From an uncultured delta proteobacterium (GTDB lineage Bacteria > Myxococcota_A > Polyangia > Fen-1088): a stretch of DNA of 64,000 bases. Location of the stretch: assembly GCA_963782545.1 (NCBI GenBank), contig CAWAKD010000007.1:1104378-1168377 (forward strand), given 5' to 3'. Shown here piece by piece: positions 25,384-35,590 of the stretch; position 1 is the first letter of the stretch, and each line of letters starts with the position of its first letter. Under the pieces are notes generated by a model that saw only the letters and a list, made by a program, of their open reading frames with translations, did not search any database and was not told the DNA's origin. Made by a program: the position numbers and the translations under genes.

Positions 25384-25728
25384 ATGACCAAGGCTGACCT
25401 CATCGCGGTGGTCGCGGACAAGCTCAAGTTCCCTTGGGCACGTGCGGAGCTTCTCGTCGATCAGATTTTTTCTTGTATGACCCAGGCCCTGCAGCAGGGG
25501 GAAGGCATCGAAATCCGCGGCTTTGGCAGCTTCACGGTGCGCGAGTACAAGGCTTACGAGGGACGAAATCCGCGCACCGGCGATACCGTCCATGTCAAAC
25601 CAAAGCGCCTTGCCTTCTTCAAGGTCGGCAAAGAACTGCGCGAGCGCGTGAACCACGGTCGCTCCTTTGCGCCACCGGTCAGCGTCCCCGGGCCACCCAG
25701 CAATCCGCTGCCGCCAGACAACGCATGA
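25384..25728 (+). CDS. ihf: Integration host factor / HU family DNA-binding protein with a short Pro-rich C-terminal tail.
   Basis: Internal Met of ORF 25255..25728: MTKADLIAVVADKL...GEGIEIRGFGSFTVREYKAYEGRNPRTGDTVHVKPKRLAFFKVGKELRERVN. Confidence 0.85.
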   Translation: MTKADLIAVVADKLKFPWARAELLVDQIFSCMTQALQQGEGIEIRGFGSFTVREYKAYEGRNPRTGDTVHVKPKRLAFFKVGKELRERVNHGRSFAPPVSVPGPPSNPLPPDNA

Positions 25729-25738
25729 ACGTGGCCGG

Positions 25739-27835
25739 TTAGTCCGACCGCACGCCCGCTTGGGGACCGCCAGAGCCTTCCGCGGGATCCTCCGCGAGTC
25801 GAACGACCAAGCCCGCGTCGCCGTCGACCAGCACCATGTCGCCGTCGGAAAACACCGCGGACGCGCCCAGCGCGCCGACCACCGCGGGGATGCCGCGCTC
25901 GCGCGCCTGGGCCGCGACGTGGTCGAGCGGCCCGCCGGTTTCGCTCACGATGGCGATGGCGTCCAGCAGGGGCAATTCGGTGGGCAGAAGCGTCGTGGCT
26001 GCCAAGACGGCATCCCTAGCACCACGCGCGTGCGAGCCCGGACGATGCCAGAGCAGACGCCCGACGGCACGACCGCCCGTCCCCGCCCCGCGAACCCCCT
26101 TGCCGTCCGCCGCGACGGGCGAGGGTGGCGGATGTCCGCGCGCGTGCATCCATGCCTCGCGCCCTTCGGCGGCACGGGTGACGAGGTCGACGGCAGCTTC
26201 ACCGCCCGCCGCGACCCGGCGCACGAGCGAAAGCGGCAGGAAGAAGACATCCTCGATGGCGCGCAGGCGAGTCGCATGGTGCAGCCGCCCGCCCACCGCG
26301 AGAAGGGCGCGGCGAACCGCGGCCTGCGTGCGAGCGTAGAGCCAGTCGTCTGCCTCGCCCAGCGACACCGCCGCCCGCGCCGTGCCCAAGAGATGCCGCC
26401 ACCTCTCCCGCAGATGTGGAGCCAGTGCAGCCTCCACCCGGGCGCTCGCCTCCCTCCAGTCGAGCGGGGCGATCTCCGGCGTATGGCGAATGCTCTCGCG
26501 CAGGAAGGTGTCAGGGGTCTCGGCATAGGTTGGCTCGCTCACGTCCCAGACCGGCGCCTCGTCACCAAAGAGGGCCAGATAGTCGGCACGGGCGCGCTCC
26601 ACCTGGATCCCCCCGGAAGAGATCCGGGCTGCCCGCTCCCGCCGCTGGCTGGCCATGGATAACACACCGGCCCGTAGTGCGGGAAGCAAGGCGAGCCCGA
26701 CCTTTGCGTGGGTTTCGAGAAACACTCGCAGACTTTCGTGGGCTTGCCGCAGGGCCGGCTGAAGCACCCCGAAGATACGTTCGTAGGCGTACACGAACAA
26801 GGCAAGCGCCTTTTCCAGGTCAGGCTGCGCTCCCAGACCCGCCAGGTGCGCTTCGACCTCCGAGCGTAGCGAGGCGAAAAAATCGCCGGCATCCTCCGCC
26901 GCGATAGGTGGTGGAAGCGTGGCGTGGTCTCGGGTGTAGAAGAGGTAGCCGCCCAGTACCCGCTGGCGAATGCCGACGGCACACGCGCCATCCACGAGAT
27001 CGACCAGCCCAGCCTGCGCCGGTGACAGCGGAAGCGGGTTGTGGGCGGCGTCCCAGCGCCACGCGGCGGACGACGTCGACTGGTCGCCGAGAGCCGCGAA
27101 GCCCAGCCACGAGACGGGTGGAACGGGTGGTTGGAACGGCCGCGCTTGCAAGTAAATCACGCGGCCCTCGGCCAGGACCCACTCCACTTCGACCGGCCCG
27201 CGGGCATCCGCGAGCGCGGTCAGAGTCCTGCCAAGCGACGCTCTTGCCTCGACCGGCAACTGCCCGCGCCGAACCGCGACCAGAGGTACGGACATGCGCT
27301 CGTGTGCGAAAGCCGCACTCCCTTCGGCCTCGCCGGCAAAATACGCGTGCACCAGCACGGCCACGGGATCCCTGGCCGGTCGCTGCCCGTGGGCCATGGC
27401 GTAGGCCACCGCGCCCGGGGCCAGGGCCGAGCAAAGTACCTTTCGGATCGCCATTTCCACGTCGGGCGAAAGCACGTCCGTGCACGACTCATACACGCCA
27501 GGCGCGAGCTGGCCTGGAAGATCCTCGCATGCAAACGACGAGCGCACCGCGTAGCTTGGCGCCCGGATCCCTGCCAGGCGACCTTGCAGCTCGTCGAGAA
27601 AGCCGGCGGGCCAAGTTTCCTGCATGAGACGTGCGCGCGCACGATCGAGAGAAGCGAGAGCCACTTCGTCGAGGCGCTCGAAATCCGGCGCGCTTGGGCA
27701 AAGGGCGCGAAAAAGCGCGTCCGTGACGGCGAAACCGCTCGGTATGTGAAGTCCATGCTCGGCCAGCCAAGCGAGCGAATGGGCCTTGCCGCCCAGATGA
27801 GGACCCGCGGCGCGCATGTCCACCAGAAAGGGCAT
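25739..27835 (-). CDS. PEP-utilizing enzyme family protein: PPDK-N ATP-grasp plus a C-terminal phosphohistidine swivel domain. Rifampin-phosphotransferase/PEP-synthase-like; lacks a TIM-barrel PEP domain.
   Basis: N-terminus MPFLVDMRAAGPHLGGKAHSLAWLAEHGLHIPSGFAV; C-terminus GSHARGARDAVLAATTLLPTELPLLDAIAIVSETGGPLDHVAAQARERGIPAVVG. Confidence 0.7.
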   Translation of the reverse strand: MPFLVDMRAAGPHLGGKAHSLAWLAEHGLHIPSGFAVTDALFRALCPSAPDFERLDEVALASLDRARARLMQETWPAGFLDELQGRLAGIRAPSYAVRSSFACEDLPGQLAPGVYESCTDVLSPDVEMAIRKVLCSALAPGAVAYAMAHGQRPARDPVAVLVHAYFAGEAEGSAAFAHERMSVPLVAVRRGQLPVEARASLGRTLTALADARGPVEVEWVLAEGRVIYLQARPFQPPVPPVSWLGFAALGDQSTSSAAWRWDAAHNPLPLSPAQAGLVDLVDGACAVGIRQRVLGGYLFYTRDHATLPPPIAAEDAGDFFASLRSEVEAHLAGLGAQPDLEKALALFVYAYERIFGVLQPALRQAHESLRVFLETHAKVGLALLPALRAGVLSMASQRRERAARISSGGIQVERARADYLALFGDEAPVWDVSEPTYAETPDTFLRESIRHTPEIAPLDWREASARVEAALAPHLRERWRHLLGTARAAVSLGEADDWLYARTQAAVRRALLAVGGRLHHATRLRAIEDVFFLPLSLVRRVAAGGEAAVDLVTRAAEGREAWMHARGHPPPSPVAADGKGVRGAGTGGRAVGRLLWHRPGSHARGARDAVLAATTLLPTELPLLDAIAIVSETGGPLDHVAAQARERGIPAVVGALGASAVFSDGDMVLVDGDAGLVVRLAEDPAEGSGGPQAGVRSD

Positions 27836-27900
27836 GTCGGGAAATCTATCAGGCCGGCGCTGGAAATGCCGACCCCCCGAATAGCGATTGCCGCGCGCCC

Positions 27901-28476
27901 TTGGGGCCTCCTATAGTGCGCGCCATGCGCGGCCCCTTGTTTTCGGGAGCCCTCGGCAGCCCGGCAACGCTCGGCCGGGTGTGCGAACTCGTGCGCGCCC
28001 ATGCGCCCGTGGTGGTGCTATCCGCTCTCTGGCTGGCCGAGGCCCTCGCCGGCGAATTCGACGTGCTGGTCCTGGTCGAGACGGACAAGCGCCGTGCGGC
28101 CGCGCGCGCGTTGCGACGAGCGCGCAAGCTCGGGCATCCGCTCGCCGTCGTGATCGCGGCCGCGGAAGTCCCGCTGGCGATGGGTTCCGTGGGCGCGGTC
28201 CTGGTGGATAACCTGGTCGACATCGAAGATCAACCCGCGGCCCGAGATCTCATCGTCGCGCTCTTGCCCGCGCTCAAGTCCGACGGAATCGTCGTTTCGC
28301 TCGACGCCACCAAGAGCCCGGCGCTCGAAGCACGCGCCTCCGAGATCTTCCTCGCGGCGAGTGTCTCCGGCATCACGCAAATCCGTCCCCGCGAGGGAGC
28401 GCTGGTCACCGCGGGACATGCGCCCCACCCGGCCGTCATTGCGGCCCGCGTGCGCGCCCTCGCTTCCGAGCAATGA
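27901..28476 (+). CDS. Hypothetical protein.
   Basis: Open frame with the codon bias of its neighbours. No motif recognised; start uncertain (MGPPIV or MRGPLF). Confidence 0.4.
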   Translation: MGPPIVRAMRGPLFSGALGSPATLGRVCELVRAHAPVVVLSALWLAEALAGEFDVLVLVETDKRRAAARALRRARKLGHPLAVVIAAAEVPLAMGSVGAVLVDNLVDIEDQPAARDLIVALLPALKSDGIVVSLDATKSPALEARASEIFLAASVSGITQIRPREGALVTAGHAPHPAVIAARVRALASEQ

Positions 28477-28517
28477 GTGAGTGAAGCCGCTTGTCGGGCG
28501 GTCTATCCTCTTTGAAA

Positions 28518-29936
28518 ATGCGCCGCATCCTGCTGGCTTTGACCATTTCGCTGGCCGTCCACCTCGCTGTGGTCGGGATCGCGGCGGGGGTCGGCTTGTG
28601 GCGCGCGCTATCGCTCGTGCCCGCCATCAAGGTACAGCCGATTGCCATCGGCATCGTGAGGGATCTCCCCCTCGGCCCGCCTCCCGACAAACAGGCGCCC
28701 ACCCAAAACCAGCCACGAGCGCACCACCACAAGCCCAGGGTTCACGTCGCCTCCACTCACCAGGGCGTCACCGTCCCCGCCACGCCCGACGCCGGCGCGC
28801 CCCAGCTCGCGAGCGATGCCGCCGCCAGCGCCAAAACCGCTTCCCGTGACGGCAGCATCGACGGCGGTCGCCTCCGTCCCGGGGATTTACGCAAGAGCGG
28901 CCCGGAGGGTTCTCGCCTGATCGCGCTCTTGCGCCTGGACCGCTTGCGTGCCGCGCCTGACAGCGACACGACCATCGCGGCGGTGGATCGACTGCTCCTT
29001 CTGCTGCCCGACCGCCACCGCCTGATCGACGACACGGGGCTCGATCTCTATCGCGACTTCGACTCTCTGCTCATCGCCACCCCCAACCCCGCCGACGACG
29101 CGGTGACCTTCTTGGCGGCGCGCCATCACCTGCCGGACGCCGCGCTCGAAGCGGCCCTCGACCGGGGAGCCAAGGCGGCCCGAAAACCCATCGCCTGGCG
29201 AACCATCGCAGGACGACCGGTGGGGCTCAGACAGCGAAGCAAGAGCCAGTCCCAGGTGGGGCTCGATCGCGACGATCGCATCCTGGTGCTACCCACACCG
29301 GCCCTGGCCATCATGGCCACACCGGCGTATGCCGCGGAACTGCTGGGCGGAGACATGGTGCCTTCACCCAGCGCGACCGGTGCCGTCGATGCAGGGAGGG
29401 CCGGCGCGCACGCGGGCGGCGGGCGGGGAAGCCCTTCCGGCCACCCGAACTGGCGCGAGATCGCAGCCCGTATCGAGGCCGAGGAGAGCGCCCTGCCCGA
29501 CGACGCCGCGTTCATGATGGCCGCCACCAACCTGTTCGGCGCTCCGGCGAGCCCTGGCTACGTCGTTCCTGGTACCCGCGGCGCCAGCGATGACAGTCCG
29601 CTCCAGCCGGTCGGCGGCGACATCGGCCCGATACCCCAATCGCTCACGCTGGTGGTGGGCGCGGAATCACCCTTCATCGAGATCCTCGCCGACTTCCAGA
29701 CCGCTGCCGAGGCCGACAAGTGGGAGCGCGACCTGCCGGCCTGGAAGCGCAAGCTCGCCATCAATCCCGTGGTTCTTTTGAGCGGCTTCTCCACCCTCGT
29801 CAGCCGCGCCGAGATCACCCGCGAAGGCAGCACCTTGCAGGTGCGCGTGGAGACATCGACCGCCGACCTGCAACGCCTGCTCAGCCTCGTCGCCAACCTG
29901 ACTCAAACCGCGCTGGCCCGTCGCCCCGGCCCTTGA
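28518..29936 (+). CDS. Hypothetical membrane-anchored protein (N-terminal TM, then a Pro-rich segment).
   Basis: Internal Met of ORF 28491..29936: MRRILLALTISLAVHLAVVGIAAGVGLW. No catalytic motif. Confidence 0.5.
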   Translation: MRRILLALTISLAVHLAVVGIAAGVGLWRALSLVPAIKVQPIAIGIVRDLPLGPPPDKQAPTQNQPRAHHHKPRVHVASTHQGVTVPATPDAGAPQLASDAAASAKTASRDGSIDGGRLRPGDLRKSGPEGSRLIALLRLDRLRAAPDSDTTIAAVDRLLLLLPDRHRLIDDTGLDLYRDFDSLLIATPNPADDAVTFLAARHHLPDAALEAALDRGAKAARKPIAWRTIAGRPVGLRQRSKSQSQVGLDRDDRILVLPTPALAIMATPAYAAELLGGDMVPSPSATGAVDAGRAGAHAGGGRGSPSGHPNWREIAARIEAEESALPDDAAFMMAATNLFGAPASPGYVVPGTRGASDDSPLQPVGGDIGPIPQSLTLVVGAESPFIEILADFQTAAEADKWERDLPAWKRKLAINPVVLLSGFSTLVSRAEITREGSTLQVRVETSTADLQRLLSLVANLTQTALARRPGP

Positions 29937-29940
29937 GTTA

Positions 29941-30762
29941 CTAGTGCCGCCTCGATCGTCGGCTGAGTTTGCGACTGGGTTCTCCGGCCGGGCGTTCGAA
30001 CGCCAAGGTCATGGGGAAGGTCGCACGCAGGACGATGCCGGAATGGGGGGCCGCAGGGGCGTCGCTGATGCGCACCTTGCGCATGAGCGAAACCGCGCAA
30101 TCGGCGGCCGCTGGATCGAGCGAGCCTTCCGAGGCGAACCCCACGGAGCCCACCGAACCACCGGGTTCGACGTAGGCGATGACGTCCACATCCGTGTGGC
30201 CAAGAGATCCGCAACCCGCCAGATCGGTCGAGATGCCGTAGAGGTGCCGGGCCATTTCTTCACCGCTCCATGGAATGACGGTGCGCTCCCCTGTGGACCG
30301 GAAGGTCATCGAGTACTCGAAGTCGGTGCCGCGCCGGCCTTCCGGCGCCGGAAAGACGATCTGCTTGCCCTCGCACACAAGACAACTCTCGACGGGATAA
30401 CTCCCGAGCGCGTTCCTGATCACCTGAACGTCGGACACCTGGCCGCTGTCCGTGACCACGAAGCGCATGACGACTTGGCCGGAAAGGTACTGGCGCGCGT
30501 CGCCGGCCTTGGAAAAGCAGGCGGACATCGCGCGCACGTGGGGCTTGATGGCGCGGTCCACGGCACGTTCGTCGAGCACACCCATGGACATCTCCATGTC
30601 CATCGCCTTGTCGTCGCCTGCGACCTCGCCCGTCGCCCAGCCGTTTCTCGCACCTCTTGCGTGCCGGTCCTTGCCATGGTCCTTGCGAACCTCGGGTTCG
30701 GAAGCACAACCAAGCTCGATCACCGCGAACAAGCCCGTGAGGAGAAGAATATAGTGCCTCAT
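29941..30762 (-). CDS. Lipoprotein with an AgmX/PglI-type C-terminal (TonB-C-like) domain.
   Basis: Start MRHYILLLTGLFAVIELGC. C-terminal pattern ...CFSKAGD...GQVVMRFVV...G.VSDVQVI...SCLVCEGKQIVFP...FEYSMTF. AT-rich 5' region with a perfect TATAAT. Confidence 0.55.
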   Translation of the reverse strand: MRHYILLLTGLFAVIELGCASEPEVRKDHGKDRHARGARNGWATGEVAGDDKAMDMEMSMGVLDERAVDRAIKPHVRAMSACFSKAGDARQYLSGQVVMRFVVTDSGQVSDVQVIRNALGSYPVESCLVCEGKQIVFPAPEGRRGTDFEYSMTFRSTGERTVIPWSGEEMARHLYGISTDLAGCGSLGHTDVDVIAYVEPGGSVGSVGFASEGSLDPAAADCAVSLMRKVRISDAPAAPHSGIVLRATFPMTLAFERPAGEPSRKLSRRSRRH

Positions 30763-30960
30763 GCTTAGTAAGGCATTATACACATTTTACGTAATACTAG
30801 AAATAAGATCGCCGCTATTTCGACACCCGCCGCGCGTGCCGCCAGCCTACACTGGCGCCACTAGGCGCTACGAGCGCGCATGGCCCGAGCGGTGTAGCCG
30901 AGCAATGAGCGGGCTACTCGGATCGGCGGCCCAATACGGCCTGACTTCTGACGGGCGGGT

Positions 30961-31398
30961 CTAGTACTGCGGCTCGAACTTGTATTCGTACTGGATGTCG
31001 CCCGCGCGGTCGACCTTGGGGAACTCGAACTGCTTGATGGTCTCAACCAGGCAGCTCTCGACATCCTTGTTGTTGAGCGTGCCGCCCATGACGCGCACGG
31101 CCCGTGCGGTGCCGTTGGTGTTGAGGGAAAGCAGAATCTTTACCGTGCCCTGGAACTCGCGGGTCTTCTTCTCGTTGAGGACGTCCTGGTAGCACCTGCG
31201 CGCGGATGCATCGCGCTGCTGCAAGACCAGATAGACGTCGGCCTGCTTGTCCGGCGGAATTCCCCCCGTGTCGACTCTGACCTCTTCGCCACCGCGCACC
31301 ACGACCGGGACGGGCTGGTCATCGCCGGAACCACTCGTAGCGCATGCGCCCAGCGCAAGACAGGCACCCATGGCGAACAAGATCGCGATCTTCTTCAT
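30961..31398 (-). CDS. Small lipoprotein with an AgmX/PglI-type C-terminal domain.
   Basis: MKKIAILFAMGACLALGAC lipobox, then RRCYQDVL...GTVKILLSLNTNGTARAVRVMGG...SCLVETIKQFEFPKV...QYEYKFEP. Confidence 0.6.
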   Translation of the reverse strand: MKKIAILFAMGACLALGACATSGSGDDQPVPVVVRGGEEVRVDTGGIPPDKQADVYLVLQQRDASARRCYQDVLNEKKTREFQGTVKILLSLNTNGTARAVRVMGGTLNNKDVESCLVETIKQFEFPKVDRAGDIQYEYKFEPQY

Positions 31399-31440
31399 TG
31401 CCTAACCCTCCGCGTCAAGTATCTCAGGGACTCCTCGGTC

Positions 31441-32580
31441 TTATTCCTTTAGCAAGGCAGATGCAATGCCCAGTCGCTGTATCTCGTTCGTGCCCTCGTA
31501 GATCTCCGTGACCTTGGCATCACGGAAGTGTCGCTCGACCGAAAACTCGGCCAGGCAGCCGTTGCCGCCCAGGATTTGTACGGCCTCGCTGGCCACGCGG
31601 CTCGCGACCTCGGAGGCGACGAGTTTGGCCATGGAGGCCTGCGCGCCCAGCGACGCGCCGCCGTCGCGCAACGCCGCCGCCCGCCAGGTCAGCAAACGCG
31701 CGGCATCGATCTGCGTCGACATGTCGGCGATTTTGAACTGAATGGCCTGATGCTCGGCGATGGGCTCGCCCTTCGTGCGCCGGGCGAGGGCATAGCGAGT
31801 CGCGGCGGTGAAAGCGGCGCGCGCGATGCCCACGCCGAGCGCCGCGGCACCGATGCGGCCCCCTTCGAGGGCGAAGCGTACGACCTCACGGCCCCCTCCC
31901 TCTGTCCCAAGCAGGGCGCTGGCCGGGAGGCGCGCGTCCTCGATGGTCATGGTAGCCGCGATGGCGCCGCGCAGTCCAAGCTTGTCGTAGGCGGCGCCGA
32001 ACGAAATCCCGGCCGTGTCCGTTGGGACCAGGAACGCGGACAGGGTGGACTTGTCCGCCTGCGAAGTGCCGGCGAAGAGCAAGGCGAGCTGCGCGTCTGG
32101 GCCACAGGTCACGAATCTCTTGATTCCCCGCACGACCCACCCGTCGCCTTCGCGCCGGGCAAGGGTGGTGACGCCGTCGAGATCCGAGCCGCTGCCGGGC
32201 TCGGTCAGTGCGAAGCAACCGAGCTTGGCGCCGCTGGCCAGTCCGGGCAGCCAGGCACGCCGCTGTGCCTCGTTGCCGAAGTGAAGAACGGGCTCGCATA
32301 CCATCAGGTTCTGCAACCCGGCGATGGCGGCGGTCGACGCGCATGCGCTGGCCAGTTCCTCGATCATCAGCGCGCAGGCGATGGTGTCGAGCCCCATCCC
32401 ACCCCACGCGCCGGGCACCGTCACGCCCAGCATCCCGGATTTGGCCAGGCAGTCGACGGCTTGACGAGGAAAGCGCTGCTGGCGGTCGATCTCGGCGGCC
32501 TTGGGGGCAAGCTCGCGCGACGAGATTTCCCGAGCCTGTTCGCGTAGGGTCTTCTGGGCATCCGATAGGTCTAAATCCAC
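31441..32580 (-). CDS. Acyl-CoA dehydrogenase.
   Basis: 379 aa with a canonical ACAD fold throughout, including the C-terminal catalytic-base region YEGTNEIQRLGIA. Confidence 0.9.
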   Translation of the reverse strand: MDLDLSDAQKTLREQAREISSRELAPKAAEIDRQQRFPRQAVDCLAKSGMLGVTVPGAWGGMGLDTIACALMIEELASACASTAAIAGLQNLMVCEPVLHFGNEAQRRAWLPGLASGAKLGCFALTEPGSGSDLDGVTTLARREGDGWVVRGIKRFVTCGPDAQLALLFAGTSQADKSTLSAFLVPTDTAGISFGAAYDKLGLRGAIAATMTIEDARLPASALLGTEGGGREVVRFALEGGRIGAAALGVGIARAAFTAATRYALARRTKGEPIAEHQAIQFKIADMSTQIDAARLLTWRAAALRDGGASLGAQASMAKLVASEVASRVASEAVQILGGNGCLAEFSVERHFRDAKVTEIYEGTNEIQRLGIASALLKE

Positions 32581-32677
32581 GGCCCTTCTTTACCATTCCC
32601 GGCCGGGATTTCCGCCCCCTAACGCCATCATTTTTGCTCTATTCTGGGATTGCGCCCTATCCGACCGCTTCACTTCC

Positions 32678-33472
32678 ATGCCTGAAATCACCAGCGCACG
32701 CACCCACACGTTCTTCGCTGCCGCCTTCGTGGAAAACCTTCCGCTCAAGGACTTGGCGCCGGCCTACCCCGAGGCCAAGCGCTCGCCGCGCGTACTCTGG
32801 TTCCAGCCCGCCTCGGGCGGCACCGTGTTCATCTATCCCTTCGGCGCCGTGGTCTTTCTCGATGTCGCGCCCGAGGCTCGCGAGTCCGAGTTGCAGCGCC
32901 TGGCGCGGGTCAGGCCGGGGCTCACCAAGTCGCAGGTGCTCAACGAAGAGCTGAGCGTGCACGAGTCACCCGAGGCGCGTCCCGACGTCGACGATGGCAT
33001 CTTGATGGTCGATGTCCTTTCCTTCGAGCGCGCCACCGTGGTGGCCATGACCGTCGCGCAGAGCGCGGCCATGGAGTACTACGAACGCATCGTGGATCAG
33101 ATGTTCGTCACCACCGATAAGCTGGGCGAGGAGTTGCAGAGGGTCGGCACCATGCCCATGCGCACGCGACACCTGGCCAAGTTCATCGGTGCCGCGGTGG
33201 GCACGCGCGGCGAGGTGCTTTCCGTCCTGCACCTGCTCGACAGGCCCGACGCGGCCTGGGACGATCCCGGCGCGGACCGCATCTACGTGAAACTGCGCTC
33301 GGAGTTCGATCTGGTCGATCGCTTCCAGTCGCTGGAGCTCAAGTTGCGCGCCGTGCAGGATACCCTGGAGATCATCACCGATGTGGCCCGCGATCGCCGG
33401 CTGTTCGTCCTAGAAGCCACGGTGGTACTGCTCATCCTTCTCGAAATCGTGCTCAGCCTGGTTCGGCACTAG
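32678..33472 (+). CDS. RMD1/DUF155-family protein with a C-terminal TM helix.
   Basis: Internal Met of ORF 32501..33472. C-terminus LELKLRAVQDTLEIITDVARDRRLFVLEATVVLLILLEIVLSLV is typical of DUF155. Confidence 0.6.
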   Translation: MPEITSARTHTFFAAAFVENLPLKDLAPAYPEAKRSPRVLWFQPASGGTVFIYPFGAVVFLDVAPEARESELQRLARVRPGLTKSQVLNEELSVHESPEARPDVDDGILMVDVLSFERATVVAMTVAQSAAMEYYERIVDQMFVTTDKLGEELQRVGTMPMRTRHLAKFIGAAVGTRGEVLSVLHLLDRPDAAWDDPGADRIYVKLRSEFDLVDRFQSLELKLRAVQDTLEIITDVARDRRLFVLEATVVLLILLEIVLSLVRH

Positions 33473-33539
33473 CGGCCGTGGTCGATGTCACCCAGCGAAT
33501 CGCTCGCTGGCACGCGCGGAGCAGGTCAGCCGCGTCTGG

Positions 33540-33797
33540 TCAGCGACCGCGCTGGTGCTCTTCCATCAGTCGGATGACGTCATCCACAGTGTGCAACTCC
33601 ATGAGAGTGTCGACATCGGGGTCGAACTCGTACTTCTCGGAGATGCATGAGACCACCTCGATCCGCTTCAAACTGTCGAGATTGAGGTCCTCGTTCAGCC
33701 GAAGGGCACCCTCGATGCGTTCCACCGGCAGGCCCGAAACCTCGGCGAGAACGGGATAGAGCTCGGCACGGAACTGTTCAATATCTACGTTCGACAA
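33540..33797 (-). CDS. Acyl carrier protein.
   Basis: LNEDLNLDSLKRIE carries the phosphopantetheine-Ser motif DSL. TTG start 7 nt after an AGGAG RBS. Confidence 0.75.
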   Translation of the reverse strand: MSNVDIEQFRAELYPVLAEVSGLPVERIEGALRLNEDLNLDSLKRIEVVSCISEKYEFDPDVDTLMELHTVDDVIRLMEEHQRGR

Positions 33798-33859
33798 GAT
33801 TTGACTCCTTGATAGGCAAACGCCTGCCTGGTGGCCAAGAACGCCCGGCAGGCTCCAGT

Positions 33860-35590
33860 TCACGGCAAACCCGTTCCACGGTAAAGCACCTCTAGATCGT
33901 GTGCGAGATAGCGCTGCTTCATGAGTTGGCGCCGAAGTTTGCCACTCGTGGTCTTGGCCACGTTGCCTTTGCAGACGAGCAAGACATCGTAGGGCACAAT
34001 CTCACAACAAGCCAAGACCGCCTTCGTGATGAGCGGAATCGTCTCGCCTAAATCGCAGCTCGTGAACTTGGGCTCCACTTCTTGAATGATGACCAGCGAT
34101 TCCTCATCGCCCAGGTCAATCGAGAAAGCCACGGCGCAGCCGGCTCTGAGCGCGGGGTGGCTCGCGGACACGCCGTGCTCGATGTCCTGCGGGTAGTAGT
34201 TGCGCCCTTTGACGATGATCAGGTCTTTGCGGCGGCCGGTGACGAAAAGCTCGCCGCGATCGAGGTAGCCGAGATCTCCAGTCCGCAGATAGGGGCCTTC
34301 CCCTCTGGCCAGGCGCCCGCCAAAGCTTTCATCGCTCTGCTCGGGCCGGCCCCAGTAGCCCGGCGCCACGGACGGGCCAGCCACCCAGATTTCGCCGATC
34401 TCACCATCCGCACATACGGCGAGGGTTCGCGGGTTCACCACCTGCACTTCCGTACCGTCGATCGCCGTGCCACACCCCACGAGAGTCCTACCCGGGCGGC
34501 CCGCGGCCGGGCGGGCTACGTCCGCCGCCAGTGCTTCGGCATCGAGCGTCTGGGTAACGAGCGGGGCCGAGTACCCGCTGGCAGTGACCATCAGGGACGC
34601 CTCGGCCAGCCCGTAGCAGGGATGGAGCGCATGGGGCGGTAGGCCGACGGGCTCGAACTTCGCGCGGAAGGCCGCGAGCGAGCTGGCGCGGATGGGCTCG
34701 GCGCCGCAGAACGCGACTTTCCACGAGCGGAGGTCGAGATGGGACATCTCCTCGGGCCTGATACGCGCCACGCACAGATCGAACGCGAAGTTGGGCCCGC
34801 CGCTGATCGTGGCGGCGAAATGCGTGATCGCCTCCAGCCATTTGATGGGCCGCAGGACGAACGCCATCGGCGACATGAGGTAGACGGGAAACCCCGCAAA
34901 CAAGGGCTGCAGGATGCCGCCGATCAAGCCCATATCGTGATACGGCGGCAGCCAGATGCAGCCCACGGAGCCGGCATGGCTTTGAAAGTTCTTTTGGATA
35001 GCCTGCAGGTTGTCGAGCAGATTCCGATGGCTGAGCATGACCCCCTTGGGCTCGGCGGTGGACCCCGAGGTGTACTGCAGGAATGCGATCGAATCCCCAC
35101 GGCGAGGGACCGGCATGGGCCTGCCCGCGTCCGCGCCGGCCGGATCCTCGTTGACGATCCAGTCGAACGGGGGCCGAGCGGCAGCGTGGACATGAGAGGC
35201 CAGCTTCTGGGCAATGGCCGTCGACGTGAGCGCGGCGCGCGGGCGAGCATCCTCGATGATGGACCGAATGCGATCGAAGCTCTTGTAGTACTGGGGAGGA
35301 TAGACGGGTACCGCGATGGCGCCCGCGTAGAGACAGCCGTAGAAGGCGGCGATGTAGTCGAGGCCCGGCAGATGACAGACGAGAACCCTGTCGTCTTCCT
35401 TCACCACGGTGGAAAGGCGCGCCGCCACGGCCAGTGCCCGCGCGTGCAACTCGCCGTACGTACAGGGGCTCTCGTCCAGCCTGCTGCCGAGAAAGCTGTA
35501 GGCAATCGTATCGGGCGTCGCCTGAGCGCGATGCTGCAAAATCTCAACCAGGGTGGTCCAAGGCAAGTCCTTCACCGTAGCAGGCGGCAA
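33860..35590 (-). CDS. Fatty acyl-AMP ligase (FAAL).
   Basis: LQYTSGSTAEPKGVMLSHRNLLDNL. The FAAL-type insertion and C-terminal region are present; it sits directly upstream of the ACP. Confidence 0.9.
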   Translation of the reverse strand: MPPATVKDLPWTTLVEILQHRAQATPDTIAYSFLGSRLDESPCTYGELHARALAVAARLSTVVKEDDRVLVCHLPGLDYIAAFYGCLYAGAIAVPVYPPQYYKSFDRIRSIIEDARPRAALTSTAIAQKLASHVHAAARPPFDWIVNEDPAGADAGRPMPVPRRGDSIAFLQYTSGSTAEPKGVMLSHRNLLDNLQAIQKNFQSHAGSVGCIWLPPYHDMGLIGGILQPLFAGFPVYLMSPMAFVLRPIKWLEAITHFAATISGGPNFAFDLCVARIRPEEMSHLDLRSWKVAFCGAEPIRASSLAAFRAKFEPVGLPPHALHPCYGLAEASLMVTASGYSAPLVTQTLDAEALAADVARPAAGRPGRTLVGCGTAIDGTEVQVVNPRTLAVCADGEIGEIWVAGPSVAPGYWGRPEQSDESFGGRLARGEGPYLRTGDLGYLDRGELFVTGRRKDLIIVKGRNYYPQDIEHGVSASHPALRAGCAVAFSIDLGDEESLVIIQEVEPKFTSCDLGETIPLITKAVLACCEIVPYDVLLVCKGNVAKTTSGKLRRQLMKQRYLAHDLEVLYRGTGLP

